A stretch of DNA of 64,000 nucleotides from an uncultured Alphaproteobacteria bacterium (GTDB lineage: Bacteria > Pseudomonadota > Alphaproteobacteria > CAAGCB01 > CAG-977). The DNA is taken from NCBI GenBank assembly GCA_934277945.1, contig CAKQWA010000002.1:98410-162409 (forward strand), in the 5' to 3' direction. Each line of letters opens with the position of its first letter. Positions within the stretch are counted from its first letter, which is position 1. Made by a program: the position numbers and the translations under genes. The notes beneath the pieces were generated by a model. The model was not told the origin of the DNA, searched no databases, and saw nothing but the letters and a program-made list of their open reading frames with translations. Of the stretch, positions 28,364-42,243 are shown one piece after another.

Positions 28364-28762
28364 TTAGAACACTTTGCACAAAACTTCGCCGCCGACATTG
28401 GCTTGGCGCGCTTCGTGATCGGACATGACGCCCTGCGGCGTCGACAAAACGGAAATACCCAAGCCGTTGTAGAATTTCTGCAATTCCTTAACGCCCGAGT
28501 ACACGCGGCGACCCGGCTTCGACACGCGAGAAATCTCGCTGATCACGGGACGGCCTTCGTAGTATTTCAGTTCAACTTTGATTTCGTCGATGCCTTTACG
28601 GACGTTTTTGCGTTCGTAACCGCGAATGAAACCTTCGCGTTTCAGAACTTCCAACACGCTTTCGCGCAACTTGGAAGCCGGCACCGTAATGTCGCTCTTG
28701 CGAGCCTGCTGACCGTTACGAATGCGGGTCAACATATCTCCCAACGGATCGGAAAATGACAT
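28364..28762 (-). CDS. rpsH: 30S ribosomal protein S8
   Basis: 132 aa. Confidence 0.95.
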   Translation of the reverse strand: MSFSDPLGDMLTRIRNGQQARKSDITVPASKLRESVLEVLKREGFIRGYERKNVRKGIDEIKVELKYYEGRPVISEISRVSKPGRRVYSGVKELQKFYNGLGISVLSTPQGVMSDHEARQANVGGEVLCKVF

Positions 28763-28780
28763 GGCAGTATCTCTCCTTTA

Positions 28781-29086
28781 TTACCAACTGGACTTGACCA
28801 TGCCGGGAATCTGACCTGCGGAGGCCAAATCCCGCAACACAACACGCGACAGTTTGAACTTGCGGTAGTTACCGCGAGCACGACCTGTCAACTCACAACG
28901 GGAATGAATACGAATTCTCGCACCGTTACGGGGCATCTGCGCCAGTTTCAGCACTTCCTGAAAACGTTCTTCCACGGACAAGGAACGATCATAAATCTTC
29001 GCTTTAAGAGCGGCGCGGCGGGCGCGATACTTCTGCGCCATGCGTTCACGTTTCTTATTGCGTTCGACAGCACTTGTTTTAGCCAT
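28781..29086 (-). CDS. rpsN: 30S ribosomal protein S14 (long, 101-aa form)
   Basis: Start set at [13 protein letters not shown] (ATG 29086). Confidence 0.92.
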   Translation of the reverse strand: MAKTSAVERNKKRERMAQKYRARRAALKAKIYDRSLSVEERFQEVLKLAQMPRNGARIRIHSRCELTGRARGNYRKFKLSRVVLRDLASAGQIPGMVKSSW

Positions 29087-29108
29087 ATTTTTACTACGCT
29101 CCTTAAAA

Positions 29109-29660
29109 TTATTTAGCAAACGGCATTCTGAAACCGGACAGCAGGGCTTTCGCTTCTTTGTCCGTTTTTGCAGACGTGCAGAATACTATATCCAAACCAC
29201 GAATTTTATCAACAGAATCATAGTCGATTTCCAAGAAAATGATCTGTTCTTTCAAACCCATGGCATAGTTGCCTTTACCGTCGAAACTTTTGTTCGAAAT
29301 TCCGCGGAAGTCGCGGACGCGCGGCAGAGCCGTCGTCACCAGACGATCCAGAAATTCGTACATACGTTCACGACGAAGCGTCACTTTGCAACCGATCGGC
29401 ATACCTTCGCGCAATTTGAAGGACGCGATGGATTTTTTCGCATAAGTGATAACGGGCTTCTGACCGGCGATCGCCGTCATGTCTTTCAGCGCGTTGTCAA
29501 CAGCCTTGCGGTCGTTGACGGCATCGCGACCGACGCCCATGTTCAAAACGATTTTTTCCAAACGAGGAATTTCCAATTCGTTTTTATAGCCGAACTCTTT
29601 TTTCAAAGCAGGGCGGACGACATTCTGGTAATGCTCGTACAATCTAGCCTTATTAGCCAT
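29109..29660 (-). CDS. rplE: 50S ribosomal protein L5
   Basis: 183 aa. Confidence 0.95.
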   Translation of the reverse strand: MANKARLYEHYQNVVRPALKKEFGYKNELEIPRLEKIVLNMGVGRDAVNDRKAVDNALKDMTAIAGQKPVITYAKKSIASFKLREGMPIGCKVTLRRERMYEFLDRLVTTALPRVRDFRGISNKSFDGKGNYAMGLKEQIIFLEIDYDSVDKIRGLDIVFCTSAKTDKEAKALLSGFRMPFAK

Positions 29661-29673
29661 CGTTCAATCCCCC

Positions 29674-29994
29674 TTACTTCTTGTCTTCAATGACTTCGCC
29701 CGAACGCTTCGCATAGCGAACTTTGCGTCCGTCGACAACTTTGAAACCCACGCGGGTCGGTTTGCCCGACGCGGAATCGATAATGGCGACGTTGGAAACG
29801 TCAATCGGCGCTTCCTTGGAAATGATGCCGCCGGGGTTCGTCTGGGTCGGTTTGGTATGGCGTTTCACCATATTGACGCCCTGAACGACGACTTTGTTCG
29901 TTTTCGGCATAGCGCGCAAAACGACGCCCTGTTTGCCTTTGTCGCGACCGGTCGTCACGACGACCGTGTCATTCTTTTTGATTTTATTAGCCAT
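29674..29994 (-). CDS. rplX: 50S ribosomal protein L24
   Basis: 106 aa. Confidence 0.95.
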   Translation of the reverse strand: MANKIKKNDTVVVTTGRDKGKQGVVLRAMPKTNKVVVQGVNMVKRHTKPTQTNPGGIISKEAPIDVSNVAIIDSASGKPTRVGFKVVDGRKVRYAKRSGEVIEDKK

Positions 29995-29997
29995 TTT

Positions 29998-30366
29998 TTA
30001 AATTACCTCCGGCGCGAGAGAAATGATCTTCATGTATTTCTTCGCACGCAATTCTCTGGTTACCGGCCCGAAAATGCGCGTACCGATAGGTTCGCCGTCT
30101 TTGTTGATCAGAACGGCGGCGTTGGAATCAAATCTGATTGCGCTACCGTCTGCACGACGGATTTCTTTTTTGGTACGAACGATTACGGCGCGAGCCACAT
30201 CACCTTTTTTGACACGTCCGCGCGGTATCGCTTCTTTAATAGAAACAACAATAACGTCGCCGACAGATGCCGTCTTACGTTTGGATCCACCTAATACCTT
30301 TACGCACTGCACTTTGCGCGCGCCCGAGTTATCAGCGACATCCAGGTTGCTTTGCATTTGAATCAT
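29998..30366 (-). CDS. rplN: 50S ribosomal protein L14
   Basis: 122 aa. Confidence 0.97.
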   Translation of the reverse strand: MIQMQSNLDVADNSGARKVQCVKVLGGSKRKTASVGDVIVVSIKEAIPRGRVKKGDVARAVIVRTKKEIRRADGSAIRFDSNAAVLINKDGEPIGTRIFGPVTRELRAKKYMKIISLAPEVI

Positions 30367-30391
30367 GGGTTCTATCCTTTACTTTACCCGT

Positions 30392-30628
30392 TTATTCGGC
30401 GTCCGCCAGCACTTCCCAAGAAACAGTCTTGGAAACCGGACGGCATTCGCAGATGCGAACGATATCGCCAACCTTGCAACGATTGGCTTCATCGTGCGCA
30501 TGATACTTTTTGCTGCGCCGAATGAATTTTTTGTAAATCGGGTGCATGACGCGGCGTTCAACTTTCACGACGACAGTCTTGTCCATTGCATCGCTGACGA
30601 CGACACCCTGTAAAATACGTTTAGGCAT
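30392..30628 (-). CDS. rpsQ: 30S ribosomal protein S17
   Basis: 78 aa. Confidence 0.95.
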   Translation of the reverse strand: MPKRILQGVVVSDAMDKTVVVKVERRVMHPIYKKFIRRSKKYHAHDEANRCKVGDIVRICECRPVSKTVSWEVLADAE

Positions 30629-30635
30629 CTTTCAA

Positions 30636-30842
30636 TTACTCCTTAGATACCGTTTTTTCGCGTTCAGACAAAATGGTTTTTATCTGAGCCGTTTCGCGAC
30701 GGATTTGACGTCTACGGTTCGTATTCGTCAATTCACCGCTGGCCTGCTGAAAACGCAAGTTAAAACTTTCTTTCTTCAAAGTCAAGAGTTGTTCGTTCAA
30801 CTCGTCAACAGACTTTGCGCGCAAATCTTTAATTTTTGCCAT
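30636..30842 (-). CDS. rpmC: 50S ribosomal protein L29
   Basis: 68 aa. Confidence 0.93.
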   Translation of the reverse strand: MAKIKDLRAKSVDELNEQLLTLKKESFNLRFQQASGELTNTNRRRQIRRETAQIKTILSEREKTVSKE

Positions 30843-31265
30843 TTAGACCTCCTCTGCCGCCGAACGGGCGATAAAACGCGTTTTGATCGGCAATTTGGCA
30901 GAAGCCAGTTCAAAGGCTTCGCGCGCCGTTTTTTCCGAAACGCCGTCTACTTCAAACATAATGCGACCCGGTTTGATACGGCACACCCAGAATTCCGGAT
31001 TCCCCTTACCTTTACCCTGACGGACTTCGGGGGGTTTCTTGGAAACGGGAACGTCGGGGAACATACGCAACCAGAAACGTCCCTGACGCTTCATGTGACG
31101 CACGATCGCGCGGCGAGCCGCTTCAATCTGACGCGCCGTAACGCGTTCAGGTTCCATCGCTTTCAGACCGAACGTACCGAAAGCCAATGTGGTTCCGCCT
31201 TTCGCAACGCCGTGAATACGGCCTTTGAACTGTTTGCGGAATTTTGTTCTTTTAGGACTTAACAT
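30843..31265 (-). CDS. rplP: 50S ribosomal protein L16
   Basis: 140 aa. Confidence 0.97.
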   Translation of the reverse strand: MLSPKRTKFRKQFKGRIHGVAKGGTTLAFGTFGLKAMEPERVTARQIEAARRAIVRHMKRQGRFWLRMFPDVPVSKKPPEVRQGKGKGNPEFWVCRIKPGRIMFEVDGVSEKTAREAFELASAKLPIKTRFIARSAAEEV

Positions 31266-31281
31266 TCTTCATGCCCCTTTC

Positions 31282-31950
31282 TTAACGCTGTTCGGACAAA
31301 CGTTTATCTTGCGCCATCGGATCATGAGCCAGAATTTCACCTTTGAAAATCCAGACTTTGATGCCGCAAGCACCGTACGTCGTGTGAGCCGTCGCAACAC
31401 CGTAATCGACATCGGCGCGCAGGGTGTGCAAAGGCACGCGGCCTTCGCGGTACCATTCGACGCGGGCGATTTCCGCGCCGCCCAGACGACCGCTGCAATT
31501 GATGCGGATGCCTTCCGCGCCCTGACGCATGGCGGACTGGACGGAACGTTTCATTGCACGACGGAAAGAAACGCGGCGTTCCAACTGCTGCGCGATGCTT
31601 TCGGCAACCAGCAGAGCGTCGATTTCAGGTTTGCGCACTTCAACGATGTTCAAATGCACTTCGCTTCCCGTCATTTTCTGCAATTCGGTTTTCAGCGCGT
31701 CGATATCCTGACCCTTTTTGCCGATAATCACACCCGGACGGGCGGAATAGATCGAAATACGCGCTTTTTTGGCGGGACGTTCGACGACGACGCGGCTGAT
31801 GCCCGCCTGCGCCAAACGTTTTTTCAAGAAATCGCGGATGCGGAAATCTTCATGCAACTGTTTGGCATAATCGCCATCGGCGAACCAGCGGGAATCCCAT
31901 GTACGATTGATTCCCAGACGCAAACCTATCGGGTTAACTTTCTGCCCCAT
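31282..31950 (-). CDS. rpsC: 30S ribosomal protein S3
   Basis: 222 aa, [13 protein letters not shown] start. Confidence 0.97.
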   Translation of the reverse strand: MGQKVNPIGLRLGINRTWDSRWFADGDYAKQLHEDFRIRDFLKKRLAQAGISRVVVERPAKKARISIYSARPGVIIGKKGQDIDALKTELQKMTGSEVHLNIVEVRKPEIDALLVAESIAQQLERRVSFRRAMKRSVQSAMRQGAEGIRINCSGRLGGAEIARVEWYREGRVPLHTLRADVDYGVATAHTTYGACGIKVWIFKGEILAHDPMAQDKRLSEQR

Positions 31951-32315
31951 TAACGTTTCTCCTCGTGTTCACGGACAACGACTGTCAGATTGGAAAACAT
32001 CTTTTCAACACGGCCCGCGCGACCTCTTGCACGAGCGCGGAAGCGCTTCATGACCATCGCTTTGCCGACATAGGATTCGGCAACGACCAGACGGTCGACG
32101 TCCATGTTGTGATTGTTTTCGGCATTCGCAATCGCCGACTGCAATACTTTTTTGACTTCCCCTGCGACGCGGCGAGGCGAAAAACTCAACTGAACCAGAG
32201 CGTTTTCCACTTTCAAACCGCGAATCGACGCCGCAACCAAATTCAGTTTGCGGGTGCTGGCGCGAATGGCCGTCGCGCAGGCTTTTGCTTGTTTAACTTC
32301 TTTTTTCGCTACCAT
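31950..32315 (-). CDS. rplV: 50S ribosomal protein L22
   Basis: 121 aa. Confidence 0.95.
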   Translation of the reverse strand: MVAKKEVKQAKACATAIRASTRKLNLVAASIRGLKVENALVQLSFSPRRVAGEVKKVLQSAIANAENNHNMDVDRLVVAESYVGKAMVMKRFRARARGRAGRVEKMFSNLTVVVREHEEKR

Positions 32316-32317
32316 TT

Positions 32318-32596
32318 TTAGCCTCTCTTGGCCTTGTTGTCGCCGGCGTGCCCGTTGAACGTGCGCGTCGGAGCGAATTCACCCATTTTGTGACCAATCA
32401 TGTTTTCGGTTACCAGAACGGGAATGAACTTTTTACCGTTATAAACGCCAAAAGTCAAGCCCACAAAATCCGGCAGAATCGTAGAGCGGCGCGACCACGT
32501 TTTGATCACTTCGTTACGACCAGATGCTTTGACCTTTTCAGCCTTCGTAAGAAGGTAACCGTCGACAAAAGGTCCTTTCCATACGGAACGTGTCAT
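32318..32596 (-). CDS. rpsS: 30S ribosomal protein S19
   Basis: 92 aa. Confidence 0.97.
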   Translation of the reverse strand: MTRSVWKGPFVDGYLLTKAEKVKASGRNEVIKTWSRRSTILPDFVGLTFGVYNGKKFIPVLVTENMIGHKMGEFAPTRTFNGHAGDNKAKRG

Positions 32597-32613
32597 AATT
32601 TTTTACTCCTTAC

Positions 32614-33453
32614 TTAAGCTTTTTTCTTAGCCGCATGACGCGTACGCATAATAAATACACTAGTTTTCTTATTTGTGCGAGTCTTTTTACCTTTTGTCGG
32701 CTTGCCCCACGGAGAAACAGGATGACGACCGCCGGAGCTGCGTCCTTCGCCACCGCCCAACGGGTGATCGACAGGGTTCATCGCGACACCGCGGACGGAC
32801 GGACGAACGCCCAACCAGCGATTGCGACCGGCCTTGCCCAGATTTTCGTTCTGTTTGTCGGCGTTGGAAACCGCACCGACGGAAGCCATGCATTCGCCGC
32901 GAACCAAGCGCAATTCACCGGAACTCAAACGCAACTGGGCATAGCCCGCGTCCTTGCCGATCAACTGGGCGTAGCAACCCGCGGAACGCGCGATCTGACC
33001 GCCGTGACCGGGGTTGAGTTCGATGTTGTGCACAACCGTACCGACGGGCATATTTTTCAACTGCATCGCGTTGCCCGGTTTGATATCGACTTTCGCGCCG
33101 GAAACGACGACGTCGCCGACCTGCAAGCGCTGCGGCGCCAGAATGTACGCCTGTTCGCCGTCTTCGTATTTCACCAGAGCGATGAAAGCCGTGCGGTTCG
33201 GATCGTATTCCAAACGTTCGACCGTCGCGGTGACGTCGAATTTGTTGCGTCTGAAATCGATGATGCGATAACGACGCTTGTGACCGCCGCCCATACGGCG
33301 GCTTGTGATGTGACCGTCGTTGTTGCGACCGCCTGTTTTATTCAAGCCTTCGGTCAAAGATTTGACCGGAGCGCCTTTGTACAAATCGCCGCGTTCAACC
33401 AAAACAAGATGTCTGCGGCCGGGCGTTACCGCCTTAAATGATTTCAACCCCAT
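32614..33453 (-). CDS. rplB: 50S ribosomal protein L2
   Basis: 279 aa. Confidence 0.97.
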   Translation of the reverse strand: MGLKSFKAVTPGRRHLVLVERGDLYKGAPVKSLTEGLNKTGGRNNDGHITSRRMGGGHKRRYRIIDFRRNKFDVTATVERLEYDPNRTAFIALVKYEDGEQAYILAPQRLQVGDVVVSGAKVDIKPGNAMQLKNMPVGTVVHNIELNPGHGGQIARSAGCYAQLIGKDAGYAQLRLSSGELRLVRGECMASVGAVSNADKQNENLGKAGRNRWLGVRPSVRGVAMNPVDHPLGGGEGRSSGGRHPVSPWGKPTKGKKTRTNKKTSVFIMRTRHAAKKKA

Positions 33454-33456
33454 GGC

Positions 33457-33768
33457 TTAAATCCCTGTCGTAATGTCAATGTTTTGACCGTCCGCCAACG
33501 TAACGATTGCTTTTTTGTAATCGCTGCGCACGCCTTGAATTCCACGAAAGCGTTTCGTCTTTCCGGACACGCGGATAGTGTTCACAGATTTCACTTTAAC
33601 GCCGTACAACGCTTCAACGGCGTCTTTGACGTCCTTTTTTGTCGCCTGCAACGGAATGGTGAAAACGACCTGACCGTTTTCGGAGCCCTTCATCGCCTTT
33701 TCGGTGATGACGGGACGAATCAACGTGTCGTACATTTTTTCCGTTACTTTCACTTCGGATTTGCTCAT
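33457..33768 (-). CDS. rplW: 50S ribosomal protein L23
   Basis: 103 aa. Confidence 0.93.
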   Translation of the reverse strand: MSKSEVKVTEKMYDTLIRPVITEKAMKGSENGQVVFTIPLQATKKDVKDAVEALYGVKVKSVNTIRVSGKTKRFRGIQGVRSDYKKAIVTLADGQNIDITTGI

Positions 33769-34385
33769 TTCAGTCTGGCCTCCAGATTTTCCGCGGCGTC
33801 TTTGGTCAGAACCAAAGTGTCACGACGCAGAATGTCATAAACGTTCGCTCCCTGCTGGGGCAGGACATCAACGTTAACAATGTTGTTCGCCGACAACTTG
33901 AAGTTAGCGTCAATCGTTTCCCCGCCGATGAACAAAACGGATTCAAGACCCAATTTATTCATTTTAGCCAAGAGATCTTTTGTTTTGGCTTCGGACATCG
34001 TCAAAGAATCGACAATGACCAGTTTGCCGTTTTTCGCCTTTGCGGACAAAGCGCAGCGCATGCCCATCTGGCGAATTTTCTTCGGCAGATCCTGCGCGTG
34101 AGAACGCACGACGGGTCCGAAAACAATGCCGCCGCCTCTGAACTGCGTGGCGCGCAAGGAACCCTGACGGGCGTTGCCCGTGCCTTTCTGCTTGTAGGGT
34201 TTCTTCGTCGTGCCGCTGACTTCGGCGATCGTCTTCGTTTTGTGCGTTCCCGCACGGCGATTCGCCAACTGCCAGTTGACAACGCGGCTTAAAATGTCTT
34301 CACGGACTTCGGCGCCGAAAACGTTGTCCGCCAATTCGATCGAACCGACGTTTTGGTTGTCCAAATTAACGATATTCTGTTTCAT
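33765..34385 (-). CDS. rplD: 50S ribosomal protein L4
   Basis: 206 aa. Confidence 0.95.
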   Translation of the reverse strand: MKQNIVNLDNQNVGSIELADNVFGAEVREDILSRVVNWQLANRRAGTHKTKTIAEVSGTTKKPYKQKGTGNARQGSLRATQFRGGGIVFGPVVRSHAQDLPKKIRQMGMRCALSAKAKNGKLVIVDSLTMSEAKTKDLLAKMNKLGLESVLFIGGETIDANFKLSANNIVNVDVLPQQGANVYDILRRDTLVLTKDAAENLEARLK

Positions 34386-34390
34386 CGCCG

Positions 34391-35101
34391 TTATTCCTTC
34401 ACTTCATCAGACGCGGCGGCCTGCGCTTTCGCTTTCAAACCCGCAGGAATGGGAGCGTCTTTCGGCAGAGCCTTTTTCACGGCGTCTTTAATCAAAACGT
34501 AAGCGCCTTCAAAACCCGGAACGGCGCCTTTGACCATAATCAAACCGCGATCCGCATCCGTAGCGACAACCTTCAAATTCTGAACGGTGACGCGTTCGGC
34601 ACCCAAATGACCCGCCATCTTTTTGTTCTTGAAGACGCGACCCGGATCCTGACGGTTACCCGTAGACCCTAACGAACGGTGGGAAATGGAAACCCCGTGC
34701 GTAGCTTCAAGACCGGCAAAATTGTGGCGTTTCATACCGCCGGCGTATCCTTTACCGATAGACGTGCCGACGATGTCGACGAATTGACCGACCACGAAAT
34801 GCGCGGCGGACAGTTCGTCACCGGGTTTCAAGACACAGTCTTCGGAAACCCGAAATTCAACCAATTTGCGCTTCAATTCGGCACCCGCTTTGGCGAAATG
34901 ACCTTTAACCGCTTTGGAAACGCGGTTGGCTTTCGCTTTGCCCATGCCCAACTGCAACGCCGTATATCCGTCTTTGTCCTGAGTACGAACAGAGACGACT
35001 TCGCAGTCCTCGACTTTCAGGACCGTGACGGGAACGTGAGTCCCGTCGTCCTGAAAGATGCGAGTCATGCCCATTTTTTCAGCTATAAGACCTGAACGCA
35101 T
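34391..35101 (-). CDS. rplC: 50S ribosomal protein L3
   Basis: 236 aa. Confidence 0.95.
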   Translation of the reverse strand: MRSGLIAEKMGMTRIFQDDGTHVPVTVLKVEDCEVVSVRTQDKDGYTALQLGMGKAKANRVSKAVKGHFAKAGAELKRKLVEFRVSEDCVLKPGDELSAAHFVVGQFVDIVGTSIGKGYAGGMKRHNFAGLEATHGVSISHRSLGSTGNRQDPGRVFKNKKMAGHLGAERVTVQNLKVVATDADRGLIMVKGAVPGFEGAYVLIKDAVKKALPKDAPIPAGLKAKAQAAASDEVKE

Positions 35102-35113
35102 TGCTCTTATCCT

Positions 35114-35422
35114 TTAAAGCTTGATTTCGACATCGACACCGGCAGCCAAGTCCAGCTTCATCAAAGCATCAACCGTTTGCGGAGTCGGATCGATAATGTC
35201 AATCACACGTTTGCACGTACGAATTTCATACTGTTCTCTGGACTTTTTGTCAACGTGCGGAGAACGGTTTACCGTAAATTTTTCGATACGCGTCGGCAGA
35301 GGAATGGGACCGCACACCTGCGCGCCCGTTCTTTTCGCCGTATTCACGATTTCGCCGGCGGATTGATCAAGCAAGCGCTTGTCAAAGGCTTTCAGGCGAA
35401 TTCTGATATTCTGACCTTCCAT
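35114..35422 (-). CDS. rpsJ: 30S ribosomal protein S10
   Basis: 102 aa, [11 protein letters not shown] motif. Confidence 0.97.
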   Translation of the reverse strand: MEGQNIRIRLKAFDKRLLDQSAGEIVNTAKRTGAQVCGPIPLPTRIEKFTVNRSPHVDKKSREQYEIRTCKRVIDIIDPTPQTVDALMKLDLAAGVDVEIKL

Positions 35423-35439
35423 TTTATTTAGTCCTTATT

Positions 35440-36630
<1,191 letters not shown>

Positions 36631-36653
36631 TTTAAAACTCCAAAAATTCTTTA

Positions 36654-38732
<2,079 letters not shown>

Positions 38733-38756
38733 TTATTTAAAACCTTCTTTAAAATC

Positions 38757-39227
38757 TTACCAACGATAGTGCGAAAACGCTTTGTTCGCTTCCGCCATAC
38801 GATGCGTATCTTCACGTTTCTTGACCGCGGAACCCCTGTTGTTCAAGGCGTCCATGAATTCACCGGCCAAGCGTTCTTCCATTGTTTCTTCCGAACGGTT
38901 GCGCGCGGCGGCGATGATCCAGCGGATCGCCAAAGCCTGACGGCGTTCGGGACGGACTTCAACCGGCACCTGATAGGTTGCACCCCCGACGCGACGGGAG
39001 CGAACTTCAACGGTCGGTTTGACATTGTCCAGAGCATCGTTAAAAGCCTTCAACGGCTCTTGTTTTGTTTTTGCGCTAACGCGATCCAACGCACCGTAAA
39101 CGATTTTTTCGGCAGTCGCTTTGGCGCCGTCATACATGATGCAGTTCATGAATTTGGCGACAACGACATCACCGTATTTTGCGTCAGGAACGATTTCGCG
39201 TTTTTCAGCAGCGTGACGACGAGACAT
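38757..39227 (-). CDS. rpsG: 30S ribosomal protein S7
   Basis: 156 aa. Confidence 0.97.
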   Translation of the reverse strand: MSRRHAAEKREIVPDAKYGDVVVAKFMNCIMYDGAKATAEKIVYGALDRVSAKTKQEPLKAFNDALDNVKPTVEVRSRRVGGATYQVPVEVRPERRQALAIRWIIAAARNRSEETMEERLAGEFMDALNNRGSAVKKREDTHRMAEANKAFSHYRW

Positions 39228-39245
39228 TTCTTACTTTCCCTTCTC

Positions 39246-39617
39246 TTATTTAGGACGTTTCGCACCGTACAGAGAACGGCTCTGACGACGGGCGGAAACA
39301 CCCTGTGTATCCAACGTACCGCGGATGATGTGATAACGCACGCCCGGCAAGTCTTTTACACGGCCGCCGCGAATCATGACGACGGAGTGTTCCTGCAAAT
39401 TGTGACCTTCGCCCGGAATGTAGCTCAAAACTTCGGCGGCATTCGTCAAACGGACGCGCGCCACTTTACGCAAAGCGGAGTTCGGCTTTTTCGGGGTCGT
39501 CGTGTAAACGCGGGTGCAAACGCCGCGTTTCTGCGGACAAGCCTGCAAAGCCGGAGCCTTGTTGCGTTTCACGCGCGGCTTGCGCGGAGCGTGAATTAAT
39601 TGGTTTATTGTCGGCAT
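39246..39617 (-). CDS. rpsL: 30S ribosomal protein S12
   Basis: 123 aa, first gene of the str operon. A ~290-bp leader/promoter region lies upstream. Confidence 0.97.
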   Translation of the reverse strand: MPTINQLIHAPRKPRVKRNKAPALQACPQKRGVCTRVYTTTPKKPNSALRKVARVRLTNAAEVLSYIPGEGHNLQEHSVVMIRGGRVKDLPGVRYHIIRGTLDTQGVSARRQSRSLYGAKRPK

Positions 39618-39908
39618 TAAAATTCCCTCTATTTCTTGTTTCCTTGCGGAAACGCCTAAACCATTAAACAGACTTATCTCGATTCCTTTTTGAAAGGGAA
39701 CCGAAAAAAGTTAAAACCTTTAAAACAGCGGAAACCCGCCATTTTTTCAATCACCTGACGCATCCGGAAGGGTTGCATACACACCCCTTTCGGACACTTC
39801 GGGTAAGGCATAGTCGCAAAAAACCGCCGTCGAGTCAAGGAAAATAAACGGTTTTTTGAGGTTTTTCGTAATTTTTTCAACGCTTAACGAGTCGCGTTTC
39901 ACGAATCC

Positions 39909-41117
39909 TCACAGATTCAACCTGTCCATCAAAATTCCCGTATCCTTGTCGCCGCGTCCGGACAGATTCACGATGATGATTTCGTCTTTGCGGCACGCCG
40001 GCGCCAACTTTAACGCGTAAGCCAGCGCGTGCGACGATTCCAGCGCGGGAATAATCCCCTCCGTGCGCGAAAGTTCCAGACACGCGTTCAAAGCCTCGTC
40101 GTCCGTCGCGGAAACGTATTGCGCGCGTTTTGAATCTTTCAGCATACTGTGTTCGGGTCCGACGCCGGGGTAGTCCAATCCCGCGGAAACGCTGTACGTT
40201 TCCATTGCCGAACCGTCGTCTTTCTGCAAAAGGTAACTGTACGCGCCGTGAAGCACGCCGGGGCGTCCTTTTTCAAGCGTGGCGCAATGTTCGGGCGTGT
40301 TCAAGCCCCGTCCCGCCGCTTCCACGCCGACCAGTTTGACGCTTTCATCGCTCATAAAGCCGGAAAACAGCCCGATCGCGTTGCTGCCGCCGCCGACGCA
40401 CGCGATCGCGCAGTCGGGCAGACGGTCTTCGTGTTCCAGAATCTGCCGGCGCGCCTCCGTGCCGATCACGGACTGGAAATACTTGACCATTTCGGGATAC
40501 GGATGAGGACCGACGGCGGAACCGATCAGATAAAACGTTTCCTTGTAATTGCTCATCAAATCGCCCAAAGCGGCGTCGACGGCGTCGGAAAGCGTACCCT
40601 GCCCCTTTTCGACGGGAACGACGGTCGCGCCGAGCAGTTTCATGCGAAACACGTTCAAAGACTGGCGAATCGTGTCCTCTTTGCCCATATAGATTGTGCA
40701 GGGCAGTCCGAACAGCGCGCACACGGTCGCGGTCGCCACGCCGTGCTGACCCGCACCCGTTTCGGCGATGACGCGCTTTTTGCCCAATTTCCGCGCAATC
40801 AGAATTTGCCCCATCGTGTTGTTGATTTTGTGCGCGCCCGTGTGACACAAATCTTCGCGTTTCAGGTAGATTTTCGCGCCGCCCAGTTTTTCGGACAATT
40901 TGCGGGCGTAGTACAGCGGCGTTTCGCGTCCGACGTATTCTTTTAAATAACAGGCGAGTTCGCGTTTGAAAGAATCGTCGTTTTTGACGGCGTTGAACGT
41001 TTCTTCGATTTCGTCAAGCACGGGTTTGAGGCGATTGTCGACGAACGCGCCGCCGAACGCGCCGAAGTAGCCTTTTTTTGTTTTGTTTTCATTGGAAAGC
41101 GCATTCATTTTTTTCAT
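39909..41117 (-). CDS. trpB: tryptophan synthase beta chain (402 aa), stand-alone with no adjacent trpA
   Basis: PLP-binding motifs HTGAHKINN and GGGSNAIG, full-length TrpB1-type sequence. Confidence 0.95.
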   Translation of the reverse strand: MKKMNALSNENKTKKGYFGAFGGAFVDNRLKPVLDEIEETFNAVKNDDSFKRELACYLKEYVGRETPLYYARKLSEKLGGAKIYLKREDLCHTGAHKINNTMGQILIARKLGKKRVIAETGAGQHGVATATVCALFGLPCTIYMGKEDTIRQSLNVFRMKLLGATVVPVEKGQGTLSDAVDAALGDLMSNYKETFYLIGSAVGPHPYPEMVKYFQSVIGTEARRQILEHEDRLPDCAIACVGGGSNAIGLFSGFMSDESVKLVGVEAAGRGLNTPEHCATLEKGRPGVLHGAYSYLLQKDDGSAMETYSVSAGLDYPGVGPEHSMLKDSKRAQYVSATDDEALNACLELSRTEGIIPALESSHALAYALKLAPACRKDEIIIVNLSGRGDKDTGILMDRLNL

Positions 41118-41182
41118 CCTTTGCTAAAAAATAAGCCGCTTGTTCCGACGTTTCGGGAAAAGCGGGCGTTTGTAAAAGAATG

Positions 41183-41219
41183 AAAAAAAAACCGCAAGTC
41201 CCGAACGGGAACTCTGCGG
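41183..41219 (-). terminator. attenuator terminator (segment 3:4 hairpin + U9) of the trpB leader
   Basis: Minus-sense ccgcagaGTTCCCgttcGGGACttgcgg followed by ttttttttt, about 65 nt before the trpB ATG. Its 5' half (GUUCCC) can alternatively pair with the upstream GGGAAC (antiterminator). Confidence 0.8.
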
Positions 41220-41246
41220 CAAAAGCGGTTATGTCGGCAGGTTCCC

Positions 41247-41303
41247 TTAACGGAACCGCCACCAGTTGTTGTTTGACAATGATAAGACATATACCTGTTT
41301 CAT
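41247..41303 (-). CDS. trpL: trp leader peptide (18 aa, MKQVYVLSLSNNNWWRFR) with tandem Trp codons
   Basis: Minus-strand ATG at 41303 to TAA at 41249-41247. Codons 14-15 are TGG TGG. The stop codon sits in the loop of the GGUUCC-GUUAAG-GGAACC pause hairpin. Confidence 0.75.
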   Translation of the reverse strand: MKQVYVLSLSNNNWWRFR

Positions 41304-41310
41304 ACGGACA

Positions 41311-41339
41311 ATTTAAAAACAATCCGCGCGCCGTGTCAA
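41311..41339 (-). promoter_or_regulatory. sigma-70-type promoter for the trp leader transcript (TTGACA-17 nt-TTAAAT)
   Basis: Minus-sense gTTGACAcggcgcgcggattgtttTTAAATtgtccgtATG. The leader ATG lies about 7 nt after the -10, implying a very short or leaderless 5' end. Confidence 0.55.
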
Positions 41340-41443
41340 CAGAAAATTCCGTATCGCCGGAATGTTTATGACATATCGGGCGCATTGACTTTTCGCGGAC
41401 CGCAAGCGACGCTTGAAGCATTGAAAACGACAGGAGAAAAGCA

Positions 41444-41890
41444 ATGAACAAGGTAATGACAGGATTTCTGGCTCTGGCTTTTTTGACGGCGACTCCCGCC
41501 GTCGCCAAAGAGGGCTGTATGCAGAAATTTGAAAAGAAAAGCGAGGAAATCGTGCAGGATTTTGAAAAGCACGTCAAAAAAATCCGCAAAAACGACGATT
41601 TAAGTCCCTCCATGAAAAAACTGCTTGTCAAACAGGCGGGCGAAACGCGCGATTTGAAATTGAAGCACCTGAAAGAAAAAACGGAATTGAAGCGCGCGCA
41701 CAAGGCGCAGGTCAACGCCTTGCGTCCGGCTTCAACGCAGGACAAAAAGGCGAACGCGTCCATGAACGGCGACGATTCGGACTGGTATGTCGAGGAGGAG
41801 GAAATCGACATCGTCACCCTGCCCGCGCCGGAAACGGACGGAACGCCCGCAAAGCGCACGAAAAATCCGAACCGGCATTTGATGAAATAA
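41444..41890 (+). CDS. secreted Lys-rich hypothetical protein (148 aa)
   Basis: Signal peptide MNKVMTGFLALAFLTATPAVA; RBS ggag 8 nt upstream. Confidence 0.6.
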   Translation: MNKVMTGFLALAFLTATPAVAKEGCMQKFEKKSEEIVQDFEKHVKKIRKNDDLSPSMKKLLVKQAGETRDLKLKHLKEKTELKRAHKAQVNALRPASTQDKKANASMNGDDSDWYVEEEEIDIVTLPAPETDGTPAKRTKNPNRHLMK

Positions 41891-41900
41891 GGCGCGGCGC

Positions 41901-42209
41901 ATGAAAAAAACGATTGCAACGCTCGCTGTCGCCGCCGCTCTTGCGGGATGCACGCACGAACCGCCGCCGATGCAGGAACTTGTGCCGCCCGATCCGGCGG
42001 TCGCGGACACCGTCGTCGTGCAGGAGGAAGTGTACGAACCCGTCACCGTCGAACCGGCTCAAACGCCCGATTCGCCCGCACCGGAAAACGCCGTCCCCCC
42101 GCTTGAAAACAGCGGCGCGAATGAAAACGCCGTCCAACCGTTTGAAAACGACGGCGCGGCGGACAATTCGGATCCGGCGGTCTATGTGTCGCCGTTCGCC
42201 GTCCCTTAA
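41901..42209 (+). CDS. proline-rich lipoprotein (102 aa) with short ENAV/PxEN repeats
   Basis: Lipobox LAGC after MKKTIATLAVAAA. C-terminal repeats ENAVPPLEN / ENAVQPFEN. Confidence 0.6.
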   Translation: MKKTIATLAVAAALAGCTHEPPPMQELVPPDPAVADTVVVQEEVYEPVTVEPAQTPDSPAPENAVPPLENSGANENAVQPFENDGAADNSDPAVYVSPFAVP

Positions 42210-42210
42210 A

Positions 42211-42242
42211 AGAGAAAAGCACCGTTCGCGCGGTGCTTTTTC
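42211..42242. terminator. bidirectional terminator between the lipoprotein gene (+) and the His-phosphatase/GNAT gene (-)
   Basis: agcaccg-ttcgcg-cggtgct hairpin with an A-run upstream and ttttt downstream. Confidence 0.7.
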
Positions 42243-42243
42243 A

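Noticed and set aside
39674-40083. Two 68-aa minus-strand ORFs between trpB and rpsL
   Set aside because: They lie in the rpsL promoter/leader region and overlap the trpB 3' end. No RBS and implausible composition. Treated as non-coding regulatory DNA.
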